A stretch of 64,000 nt of DNA. Source: Candidatus Woesearchaeota archaeon (GTDB taxonomy: Archaea > Nanobdellota > Nanobdellia > SCGC-AAA011-G17 > UBA489). The stretch covers positions 1,323 through 65,322 of the forward strand of contig JABIKK010000011.1 of the NCBI GenBank assembly GCA_018655015.1. The letters run 5' to 3'. Below, one piece after another: positions 46,375-54,144 of the stretch (position 1 is its first letter; each line of letters starts with the position of its first letter). The notes beneath the pieces are model-generated. The model made no database searches. It had not been told where the DNA came from and saw only the letters and a list, made by a program, of their open reading frames with translations. The translations under genes were made by a program, and so were the position numbers.

Positions 46375-47028
46375 ATGAACCAGAAGAAGAGGGCAATTAG
46401 GGCTTGTAAGGTTAACGATCTTGTTTTTAGAGAGATTATTGATAAATTTGATTCTTTCAAAACTGAGAAAGATATTGAAGTTTATATCCTTAGAAGGTTT
46501 AGAGATCATAAAATGGGTAGTTCATACCCTCCCATTGTAGCTAATAATAATTCAATAATACACGCAAAGCCTAGGAAGAAAAGGTTATCTAGAGGGTTTT
46601 TGGTTTTGGATTTTGGAGCAAAGTTTGATGGAATGTGTTCTGATATGACTCGTACTTTGTTTATTGGGAAGGCGAATAAAAAAGAAAAAGAACTATACAA
46701 TTTGGTTTTGAATTGTCAAGAAAAATGTGTTAAAAGAGTTAAACTGGGCGCTAGTTGTAAGGAATTGCATGCTTATTCTAGGAAGTTATTGAAAGGATAT
46801 GTTAAGTATTTTCCACATGCCTTGGGACATGGGGTTGGAAGTAAGGTTCATAGGAAACCCAGAATAAGTATAAAGTCTAGTGAAGTGATTAAAGAAGGAA
46901 TTATTACAATTGAACCGGGGATTTATATTAAGAAGGGTAATTTGGCAATAAGAGTTGAAGATACTATATACGTAGGGAATAAAGTTGAAGTTTTGAGCAA
47001 GGCTTCTAAGAAGTTGATTGAAGTTTAA
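46375..47028 (+). CDS. M24-family metallopeptidase, catalytic pita-bread domain only (Xaa-Pro peptidase-like)
   Basis: Metal-ligand context DFGAKFDGMCSDMTRT, HALGHGVG, TIEPGIY, IRVEDTI. I set the start at ATG 46375 (TATTTAAA about 27 nt upstream); the track start is GTG 46363. Confidence 0.75.
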   Translation: MNQKKRAIRACKVNDLVFREIIDKFDSFKTEKDIEVYILRRFRDHKMGSSYPPIVANNNSIIHAKPRKKRLSRGFLVLDFGAKFDGMCSDMTRTLFIGKANKKEKELYNLVLNCQEKCVKRVKLGASCKELHAYSRKLLKGYVKYFPHALGHGVGSKVHRKPRISIKSSEVIKEGIITIEPGIYIKKGNLAIRVEDTIYVGNKVEVLSKASKKLIEV

Positions 47029-47567
47029 TATTCTACTTCTTCTATAGACACAGGAATTAGTTTTCTAAGTAGTATAATTGCTGCTGCGAATAACACTAGT
47101 ATTCCTACGGATGCAATGAAGGTCATGAAATCTGCAGGGATGTCTGAGTAAACTAAGATTAATGCAATGTAGGCGAGGAAGTTTACAGGTAGTTTTGAAC
47201 TTAAACCATATGCTAAGTTCTCTGGTAGAATGTGTAGGAAGTTGATTAATGTTAGTAGTATTGCCATTATTGTAACTGCAAGAGCAATTGCGAGTTTAGT
47301 TGTCATGTTTTCTAGCATGTTGTTATTGAATAAGTATCTGAATATGTCTACTGACACAAATAATAGAACTAAGGCATTTCCATACGCTGAATTCCAACCA
47401 AGTTCTTCTTGCTTGTATCTTGAGAAGTAAATTTCTGTTAAGAATAATGCTAGGATTAAAGGCACTGCAATCCACAACATTTCAGAGTAGTTTACTGGTG
47501 CTAATAGGAGTTCTATGAAACGATCCTTTAGGGCAAATATAGAGAACCCTGTCACCTCAACAACCAT
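47025..47567 (-). CDS. hypothetical polytopic membrane protein
   Basis: 180 aa with about 5 hydrophobic helices. No family recognised. Confidence 0.55.
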   Translation of the reverse strand: MVVEVTGFSIFALKDRFIELLLAPVNYSEMLWIAVPLILALFLTEIYFSRYKQEELGWNSAYGNALVLLFVSVDIFRYLFNNNMLENMTTKLAIALAVTIMAILLTLINFLHILPENLAYGLSSKLPVNFLAYIALILVYSDIPADFMTFIASVGILVLFAAAIILLRKLIPVSIEEVEY

Positions 47568-47636
47568 ATGTAAAATATTGACTGTTTGGTTAAAAATGTT
47601 GCTATTTAAAGGAAAGAAAACCTTTAAATCATCTAA

Positions 47637-48443
47637 TTGGGAAAATGGGCTATGGTAGGAATCTTAGAGGCAATCTTTTTGGGGTTTATACAAGGGCTAA
47701 CCGAGTGGTTTCCAGTATCTAGTTCTGGGCATCTTGCATTGTTCCAGAATTTGATGGGATTGGAAGTTCCAGTATTGTATGATATTTATTTACATGTAGG
47801 TACATTAATAGTTTTATTTGCTTTCTTTTGGAGAGAGATTGGAGACATATTCTCCGATTTGATTAGGTTGGATTTCAAGAGTGATAATTCTAAGCTTGCA
47901 GGATTTATTGTTATTGGTCTGGCCATTACATCAGTCATAGGATTTATGTTCCACGATCAATTTAGTTCAATGTTTAATAATTTGTTATATGTGGGAATTG
48001 CTTTCTTATTCACAGGAGTTATACTAACATTAAGTGGACTAGTTAAGAGAGGGTATAGAAAGGTTAACTTTTTAGATTCCATTTTAATCGGATTGTTCCA
48101 AGGAATATCATTAATTCCAGGAGTTTCAAGAAGTGGGGCTACAATTGGTATTGGATTGTTTAGAGGTGTTGACAGAGTTAAAGTTGCTAAATTCTCATTC
48201 TTATTATCTATGCCTGCGATACTCGGTGCTTCAATAGTGGAGAGTTTTAGTATGAGCCAATTAGCAATTCCATTTTTGATGGAGAATCTTTCTGCTGTGA
48301 TTTTTGGGGTTTTGGCTTCTGCTATAACAGGGTATATCTGTTTGAAATGGCTAATGAAGCTTGTAGAAAGTGGGAAATTCCACTACTTTGCATACTATGC
48401 ATTTGCAGTAGGAATAGTGACTATAATTCTATCTATTGTGTAA
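47637..48443 (+). CDS. uppP: undecaprenyl-diphosphate phosphatase (BacA/UppP)
   Basis: GLTEWFPVSSSGHL and PGVSRSGATI motifs. The ATG at 47652 (MVGILEAI...) is an equally plausible start. Confidence 0.88.
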   Translation: MGKWAMVGILEAIFLGFIQGLTEWFPVSSSGHLALFQNLMGLEVPVLYDIYLHVGTLIVLFAFFWREIGDIFSDLIRLDFKSDNSKLAGFIVIGLAITSVIGFMFHDQFSSMFNNLLYVGIAFLFTGVILTLSGLVKRGYRKVNFLDSILIGLFQGISLIPGVSRSGATIGIGLFRGVDRVKVAKFSFLLSMPAILGASIVESFSMSQLAIPFLMENLSAVIFGVLASAITGYICLKWLMKLVESGKFHYFAYYAFAVGIVTIILSIV

Positions 48444-48454
48444 AAAAGTGATTT

Positions 48455-48539
48455 CCCCGGAGGTGGCTTTCCAGGGACATCGCAAAGACAAACCGAATGA
48501 ACGGAGGTTTCAAATGCAAGTCGAGAGCTATCTTGACTT
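48455..48539. other. GC-enriched structured segment in a convergent intergenic region (three hairpins; strand unresolved)
   Basis: CCCCGG/CCAGGG (48455-48476), AAACC/GGTTT (48490-48510) and AAGTCGAGA-GCTA-TCTTGACTT (48518-48539). Two GGAGGT motifs on the plus strand correspond to CCUCC on the minus strand. Confidence 0.4.
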
Positions 48540-48593
48540 ATACTTTGGATAGTTGATTTTCTTTATAAATATAATGAAATTTTTGTTAGCTAA

Positions 48594-48623
48594 ATAGTGA
48601 AAAATAGTGAAAAATAGTTAAAG
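48594..48623. repeat. tandem 10-mer ATAGTGAAAA x2 plus ATAGTTAAAG
   Basis: Read directly. The third copy contains the stop codon (48618-48620) of the minus-strand sensor gene. Confidence 0.6.
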
Positions 48624-50189
48624 GTTTGAGCTAGCCACTACTCTGTCCCCGTCCCGGGTTGTTTTGAGGACTTTGTTTCTTCCCATCTTTGTAACTCTTA
48701 TTAAACCTAGGGCATGGAGCTCCTCAAGCTTCTTTTTGGTCGTTGGAGCTGTAATTGAGAACTCTGCACCAATGTCTTTGTATGTTGCCGGTTTATTGAT
48801 GGCATTCTTATCAGAGATAAACTTCAATATGCCCTTTAGTTCCTCTGAAATAGTTTCTGTAATTGTTTGTTGAGGGGGTGCATGAACCTCTTTTTCTAAT
48901 AAAGACAGTTGTTTATTATTGAATATCTGTGGATCTACTGGGAGGAGGAATATTGCTTTTTTCCCCATTATTTTATCATTGATATTTGTGATAAATTTAA
49001 GAAAATTTTCAAAACCGTATTTGTTTAAGATGTAATCTGAACGATCCAATAGGATAATTGCTTTTTTATTTTTTGATAAGAATTCTACAGCATTCTTTTG
49101 TAGCTGATTTAAATTTGAAGTTGAGGCAATTCCTTTTTCTTTCTCGTCGGATAGACGGATCATGTTTTTCTTAGCTACGCCATATTTTTGTCCTATCATG
49201 TCTAAGTTATCTCGAGTGATCAATAATGGTGAGTATTCTTCAACCTTATCCATTAGAATTTCATAAGCTTCATTTGAGTTAGGCTCTTTTATCAAATAAC
49301 TTGTTCCCGACTCAATTATATATTTCTGCATTAATTTTTCTTTCTTACCTTTTAGTGTAATGAACTTCTTTAGTCTTGGACTGTCTTGGACTATCTTTCT
49401 TAGGCTGAAAACCATTTGATTGAATGTGAATGCTAGCTCAGAGATCTCATCATCTATATCGTCTGATTCTACTTCTATGTCAAACTTGCCCTTGCTTAAT
49501 TTTTTAGAAGCATCCGATAATGCATTGATTCTTTTTGTGATTGTGGTTGTTAGGGAGGACCAAACTGCAAATGTTGTGATTATACCAATTAATGCAATTA
49601 AAATGATCATAGTTATTGCTACTTTAACTGCTGCGTTAGATTCTTGTTTAGCTGTTTGTTTTATTGTTGCGAACTCCTCTAATGATTCTTGTAAGAATTC
49701 AACTGCATCTACTACATCTCGCTCTAATTGTTTAGCTATACTATACTGTACTAAGATTGAAGATTCTGCATAAACTACTCTGTTGGCTACATCTTCTGAT
49801 CTTTTGTCCATTAACCTCTTTGATAACTGATAAAATGTATTATGTTTGTTTGTAGCTTGCGATACTTTTTCCTTGATGTCTTCAGATCCAAGTTCTGCTA
49901 CCCTTTCTGATTTTTTTGTGAATAGATCATTAATATGCTCAAATTCAAATTCTAAATCTCCTAAAGTTTCTAGGTCGTCTTCTGTGGAGAATCTTTGTAC
50001 GATATAATTGCTCCTCCAAAGAATACTAATCATATCTTGAACATCTGTTTCTAAGGGATTTACTTCCTCTGTAATTTTGTGTAGTTTGTTATTAATTCGA
50101 AGCGTGTAAACTGTGGTGACTAATGCCGAGATTATTAGAAATGCTACAATGATTGTAAAACTTATCAATAGCTTCTTTCCGATCTTCAT
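48618..50189 (-). CDS. transmembrane one-component regulator: periplasmic helical sensor - TM - HAMP - DUF835-like domain - C-terminal wHTH
   Basis: TM1 (LLISFTIIVAFLIISALV), an extracellular helical region of about 150 aa, TM2, and a HAMP-like segment (ITKRINALSDASKKLSKGKFDIEVES...ELAFTFNQMVFSL). These are followed by a DUF835-like block (SYLIKEPN...PLLITRDN...AIILLDRSDYIL) and a wHTH (TYKDIGAEFSITAPTTKKKLEELHALGLI). Confidence 0.7.
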   Translation of the reverse strand: MKIGKKLLISFTIIVAFLIISALVTTVYTLRINNKLHKITEEVNPLETDVQDMISILWRSNYIVQRFSTEDDLETLGDLEFEFEHINDLFTKKSERVAELGSEDIKEKVSQATNKHNTFYQLSKRLMDKRSEDVANRVVYAESSILVQYSIAKQLERDVVDAVEFLQESLEEFATIKQTAKQESNAAVKVAITMIILIALIGIITTFAVWSSLTTTITKRINALSDASKKLSKGKFDIEVESDDIDDEISELAFTFNQMVFSLRKIVQDSPRLKKFITLKGKKEKLMQKYIIESGTSYLIKEPNSNEAYEILMDKVEEYSPLLITRDNLDMIGQKYGVAKKNMIRLSDEKEKGIASTSNLNQLQKNAVEFLSKNKKAIILLDRSDYILNKYGFENFLKFITNINDKIMGKKAIFLLPVDPQIFNNKQLSLLEKEVHAPPQQTITETISEELKGILKFISDKNAINKPATYKDIGAEFSITAPTTKKKLEELHALGLIRVTKMGRNKVLKTTRDGDRVVASSNL

Positions 50190-50262
50190 AGGATTTTGAA
50201 TATAATTGAGTTTATATGATTTTCTTGGGAAGGTTTAAATAAAAATATGTGTTGATAATTGT

Positions 50263-50775
50263 ATGAGGGGTTATTTGTCTGTAGTTTTTAGGGCCGCTAT
50301 GGCGTTATTAGTTGTTCTTTTTAGAGATACTTTTTCGCCAATAATTGTTTCTTTCTCTGCTTATTTATCTTATTTGTCTTTGATCCCATTTGGTGCTGAT
50401 TTGAATATGAATGTTCTCTCTATTGGAACTAAGGCGATTAACTATGTTGAGGCCTGTGCAGCTGTAGGAGCCTATGTATTTTTAGCATTGTTAATACTGT
50501 TTACTAGAAATATAAATCTTAAGAAAGGGATTAAGATGTTTTTATTAGGGGCACTATTGATACTTGTCGCAAATATCATTAGGATTGATGTTTTAGCTTA
50601 TTTGTTGGTTCAAAACAATGTTAATCTATTTTTGACGTTGCACATATTGACTTGGAAATTATTATCTGGATTGTATGTTGCACTAGTCTGGATATTTTTG
50701 GTTAAGAAATTTAGTGTTAAAGAAATTCCAATCGTTAGCGACTTTAAGTACTTGAAAAAGGGATCACTTCTTTGA
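50263..50775 (+). CDS. miniature exosortase/archaeosortase-family protein
   Basis: 170 aa, polytopic. Candidate catalytic triad contexts match the exosortase pattern: VEACAAVGAY (Cys), VANIIRID (Arg), TLHILTWKLLSG (His). Confidence 0.55.
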   Translation: MRGYLSVVFRAAMALLVVLFRDTFSPIIVSFSAYLSYLSLIPFGADLNMNVLSIGTKAINYVEACAAVGAYVFLALLILFTRNINLKKGIKMFLLGALLILVANIIRIDVLAYLLVQNNVNLFLTLHILTWKLLSGLYVALVWIFLVKKFSVKEIPIVSDFKYLKKGSLL

Positions 50776-51696
50776 GCCTTGCATTGCAAGGATATCTTTG
50801 GTAGTTAATTTTTTCTTTTTTCTTATTTTTTCTTCTACTTCTTTTACTTTTTCTTCTATTAGCTTAGCAGTATCAATGAATGTGGTTTGGATTCTTTCCA
50901 TGTTTTGTGTTCTTTTTGGTTTCTTTTTTATTCTTTTTCTCCTAATTTGCGGCACTTCGCCTGATTCTTTCATTGCTATTTTTAATTCTGCGTTTACTTT
51001 AGAAAATTGAGTCTTGAATTCTATAAATTTCTTAAAAGCTTGTCTTTGTTCTTTCTTAAGTTCGTTTACTTTTCTTGAATTTACCATGTAGTCTTTGAAT
51101 TTCTTTTTGTTTTCTCTTAACAAATCTTTTAATTCTAAATGGTATTTGTCAGCTTTTTCTTTTGCATCTGTTAATGTTTCCGAGATTTCTCCCATTTGGG
51201 ATTTAAAATCGGTAACTGCTTCAGACTCCATTACTGCCTTTCTAAGCTCCTTTATCTGCCTCATAATTTTTTTCTCTTTTTCTATTGGCAGAGCTTCCGT
51301 TTCAATTGTGTACTCTAATTTTTCTAATTTACCCTTTAGGGCTCCAGGACTCATACCCCTTCCAAACTTATCTTTGAATGTGTTTCTTTCTTTCACTAAG
51401 TCTTTGGAAAGTGTTAATTGTTCTCTAAATTGTTTGTTTAACTCGTTCCTTTTTTCAATAAGATTTCTTTCTTTCTTTTTTTCAGCGTCTATTTCTGGAT
51501 TTGCCGCTTTTAGAATTTTAACTAATTTAGAAATTTCTTTGTTGAGGTCTTCTTTTTTGCTAAACCATTCTTCTTTTTTAGAATTAAGTTCGTTTAGTTT
51601 AGTCTTCAAACTAGCAAGATCTTGCTTTGTTTGTTCCTTGGATTCTTGTACATTATCCTTGTTTTGTTCTTCCGTCATTTTAGCTTTTTTATACAA
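50764..51696 (-). CDS. K/E-rich coiled-coil protein downstream of the L1-P0-P1 operon
   Basis: 310 aa, almost entirely heptad-like charged sequence. Resembles the conserved 'archaeal coiled-coil protein' type; the assignment is tentative. Confidence 0.6.
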   Translation of the reverse strand: MYKKAKMTEEQNKDNVQESKEQTKQDLASLKTKLNELNSKKEEWFSKKEDLNKEISKLVKILKAANPEIDAEKKKERNLIEKRNELNKQFREQLTLSKDLVKERNTFKDKFGRGMSPGALKGKLEKLEYTIETEALPIEKEKKIMRQIKELRKAVMESEAVTDFKSQMGEISETLTDAKEKADKYHLELKDLLRENKKKFKDYMVNSRKVNELKKEQRQAFKKFIEFKTQFSKVNAELKIAMKESGEVPQIRRKRIKKKPKRTQNMERIQTTFIDTAKLIEEKVKEVEEKIRKKKKLTTKDILAMQGSKK

Positions 51697-51731
51697 CTAA
51701 ATGAGGAAACAAAAAAAGAAAAAGGAGGGGT

Positions 51732-52040
51732 CTAACCGAATAGAGCCCCAAGACCAGCAGCTGCTTCTTCTGCAGACTTCTTGTCTTCTTTTTCTTCTTT
51801 CTTTTCTTCTGCTGCTGGAGCTGCGCCACCTGCAGAGGCTGCAGGAGCTGCGGCTACTTGTGCAACAGCGGCTTCCTTGATAGCTGTATCTATGTCAACA
51901 TCACTTAATGCAGCAACTAGTGCTTTAGCACGACCATCGTCCGGTGTGCCCCCAGCTGCCTGGATGACTTTCTTAACTGTGTCTTCATCTATTTTTCCGC
52001 CTAGTTTGTGTATCAACATTGCGGCATATACGTATTCCAT
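51732..52040 (-). CDS. rpl12: 50S ribosomal stalk protein P1 (L12e)
   Basis: MEYVYAAMLIH... N-terminus, an Ala-rich hinge, an acidic tail and the canonical end ...EEAAAGLGALFG. Confidence 0.9.
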   Translation of the reverse strand: MEYVYAAMLIHKLGGKIDEDTVKKVIQAAGGTPDDGRAKALVAALSDVDIDTAIKEAAVAQVAAAPAASAGGAAPAAEEKKEEKEDKKSAEEAAAGLGALFG

Positions 52041-52067
52041 TTTTTGGGTTTTTCCTCCGAGTGAATA

Positions 52068-53363
52068 TTAAGTATCTCCCTGGCTTTTTTTATCCTTGAG
52101 AGTATTAATAATTTTGTTTATGTCTTGGTTTTCTGGTTTTGGTTCTGTTTGGGTTATTGAATCCCCTTTTAATCCTGTGCCAAGAATCTTATTCGCGATA
52201 TTGGTAATTTCTTGCATATCCTTTTTTATTTCTTTAGGTTGCTCTTCAGGAGCCTTCTCTGGCTCTTCTGCGGGCTTTTTTTCTTCTTTTTCTGTTTGTT
52301 CCTCAACAGATTCTTCTTTAGGAGTCTCAACAGGAGCTTCTTCCTTAACTTCAACTACTGGTTCAGTGGCTGGCTCTTCTTTTGGAGCTTCTTTTACATG
52401 CTCAGGAGTTGGCTCTTCTTTAGGAGTCTCAACAGGAGCTTCTTCCTTAACTTCGGCTACGGGCTTAGGTTCTTCCTTAACCGGTTCTGGTTTTGGCTCT
52501 TCTTTTGGAGCTTCTGGAATTTTTGAGTTTAAACTTGAAGCTTCAGCTTCGGCCTTAGCTAAAATCTTTCCAACATTCCCAGATGTAACTATGTTTGCTG
52601 AATCTGCTAATGCTAAAGATTCATTGTGTGCTTTTGCAATCAATGGCTTGACAGTTTCAGAGTTTAATACCCCTAAGTGCATTGCCAGTGCGAATGACTC
52701 AGCGTGTGCTGCCTTGATGTTGTTGATGTATTCTTCTTCATCAACAGATAATACTGATTTGTCTAGTATTTCTCCATTTTCATAAGTTAATATTAAATTC
52801 AAACCAACTTTCATAGGTTCAACGCCCATCTTTGCAAGTAAACCTGCAACTTGTTCTGAGATTTCTTCTCCTTCTTTAACTAGAATTTTTTCATCTTTAA
52901 TGTGAATCTTTCCATTTTTAACTTCTGTTTTTAATCCTAGCATTCCAAGTTCTCCAATCATTGGACCTGGTGCAAATGGAGTTTCTCCTGCTTCAACACC
53001 CAAATCATTTGGAGCAGTTTGTCCTGGCTTTGCAGCTGCAGAAGCTTTGCTTTTTTCTAGTTTTTTGTAAAGTATGAATGGATCTTCGTTTGTGAATAGT
53101 AATGCTGGAATTCCTATTAATTTTTCTTTAAGTTGATCTATATTTTTTAGATCTTTCATTTCATCGAAAGCTATTTTGATTAATCTTTTTTTAGTTGGTT
53201 TAAGGCAAATTGATTCGCCTAATGAGAATTTAATTCTTTGAAGCATTAATGTAGGTAGGCCCTCTAAATTGACTACTCCTGCTACCTTATACTCTTGGAA
53301 TAATTTTTTTATTTCTGCTACTTCGTCCTTTTTTCCCTTGGATATGTGTGGCTTGAATGTCAT
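52068..53363 (-). CDS. rplP0: 50S ribosomal stalk protein P0 (L10e) with PEK-rich C-terminal expansion
   Basis: L10/P0 N-domain (KKDEVAEIKKLFQEYKVAGVVNLEGLPTLMLQRIK...). 4-nt overlap with rpl1. At 431 aa it is long. Confidence 0.85.
   Translation of the reverse strand: MTFKPHISKGKKDEVAEIKKLFQEYKVAGVVNLEGLPTLMLQRIKFSLGESICLKPTKKRLIKIAFDEMKDLKNIDQLKEKLIGIPALLFTNEDPFILYKKLEKSKASAAAKPGQTAPNDLGVEAGETPFAPGPMIGELGMLGLKTEVKNGKIHIKDEKILVKEGEEISEQVAGLLAKMGVEPMKVGLNLILTYENGEILDKSVLSVDEEEYINNIKAAHAESFALAMHLGVLNSETVKPLIAKAHNESLALADSANIVTSGNVGKILAKAEAEASSLNSKIPEAPKEEPKPEPVKEEPKPVAEVKEEAPVETPKEEPTPEHVKEAPKEEPATEPVVEVKEEAPVETPKEESVEEQTEKEEKKPAEEPEKAPEEQPKEIKKDMQEITNIANKILGTGLKGDSITQTEPKPENQDINKIINTLKDKKSQGDT
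52312..52454. repeat. internal direct repeat within rplP0 (41-nt identical copies 102 nt apart)
   Basis: TCTTCTTTAGGAGTCTCAACAGGAGCTTCTTCCTTAACTTC occurs at 52312-52352 and 52414-52454. It encodes the repeated EVKEEAPVETPKEE peptide. Confidence 0.8.
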
Positions 53364-54028
53364 TTTTTAGCTGCCACCTTTTCACCAACCACAACTGGCT
53401 TACCCATTGATGTTTTGATTAGAACGTTTTTGATATTGTTTGTTTCTTGTGGAACGTGATGCAATACATAATTGTAAATTGCTAACGCATTTTCTGCTAA
53501 CTCATCATCCTTTAGCTTTGAACTTCCCAAACTTGTCTTAATAGTAGGTTCGTTCTTTGTTTCAATTCTTACTAATTTTTGTAATCTTTCAACTAAGGGT
53601 TTTAGATCTGCTGTTGATGGAACAACACATCCTGCTTTAGGATTTGGCATCATTCCCCTTGGACCTAGGACTCTACCGAAAGTTTGTGCAACCTTTGGCA
53701 TAATGTTAGCTTGAGCTATGAAGTAATCTGTTTTTTTAGCTAATTTTCTTATTTGCTTCTTATCTTGTTTTTTGAAATCTTCAAGTAAAACATAATCATC
53801 ACAATCTGCTTTTGCTTTTGTAGATAATGCTTGATCAACTAATGCTGCAACTTTTACCCTCTTTCCTCTCTGAAAAGGTAATGGGATGAATGCTAGAATT
53901 TTTTCATTTTCTTTCTTTATGTTTAATCCTTTGAGATTTATCACTATGTCAATAGATTCTGCGAATTTTCTTTCTTTAGAATTCTCTCTAGCTAATTTGA
54001 TTGATTGGAGTATATCTTTTTTTTCCAT
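53360..54028 (-). CDS. rpl1: 50S ribosomal protein L1
   Basis: L1-family pattern (FAESIDIVINLKGLNIKK...GPRGMMPNPKAGCV) and its position upstream of P0/P1. Confidence 0.9.
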   Translation of the reverse strand: MEKKDILQSIKLARENSKERKFAESIDIVINLKGLNIKKENEKILAFIPLPFQRGKRVKVAALVDQALSTKAKADCDDYVLLEDFKKQDKKQIRKLAKKTDYFIAQANIMPKVAQTFGRVLGPRGMMPNPKAGCVVPSTADLKPLVERLQKLVRIETKNEPTIKTSLGSSKLKDDELAENALAIYNYVLHHVPQETNNIKNVLIKTSMGKPVVVGEKVAAKK

Positions 54029-54098
54029 TTTGAATCTCTACTACTGAGTTTTTTTAACTCGTCCATTTCGGAACGCAGACAGTGTCTGAGTAGTTTTT
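54029..54098 (-). promoter_or_regulatory. structured 5' leader of the L1-P0-P1 operon (candidate L1 autoregulatory site)
   Basis: Minus-strand RNA ...CUACUCAGACACUGUCUGCGUUCCGAAAUGGACGAGUU...CUCAGUAGUAG... It contains hairpins CAGAC-ACU-GUCUG and CGUUC-CGAAAU-GGACG, with flanking CUACU/AGUAG complementarity. Confidence 0.4.
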
Positions 54099-54122
54099 GA
54101 GTAAGTTTAATTTGAGATTTGG

Positions 54123-54130
54123 ATTTAAAA
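54123..54130 (-). promoter_or_regulatory. TATA-like element (minus-strand TTTTAAAT) for the L1 operon
   Basis: Lies between the tag stop (54145) and the rpl1 start (54028), implying a leader of about 70 nt. Confidence 0.4.
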
Positions 54131-54144
54131 GGTTTATGGTAAAA

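Noticed and set aside
48513-48551. 12-codon ORF (MQVESYLDLYFG) behind a GGAGGT motif
   Set aside because: It is too short to support on its own. The SD-like motif may instead be part of a structured RNA. It is mentioned only inside the finding for this spacer.
51095-51700. 201-aa plus-strand ORF antisense to the coiled-coil gene
   Set aside because: It is an S/F/L-rich low-complexity translation produced by the reverse complement of K/E codons. This is a typical antisense artefact in AT-rich DNA.
52096-52785. 229-aa and 104-aa plus-strand ORFs (52096-52785, 52212-52526) inside the P0 gene
   Set aside because: They are antisense to a well-supported ribosomal gene. The translations are low-complexity (S/G/F-rich) mirror images of the PEK repeat. 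No start context.
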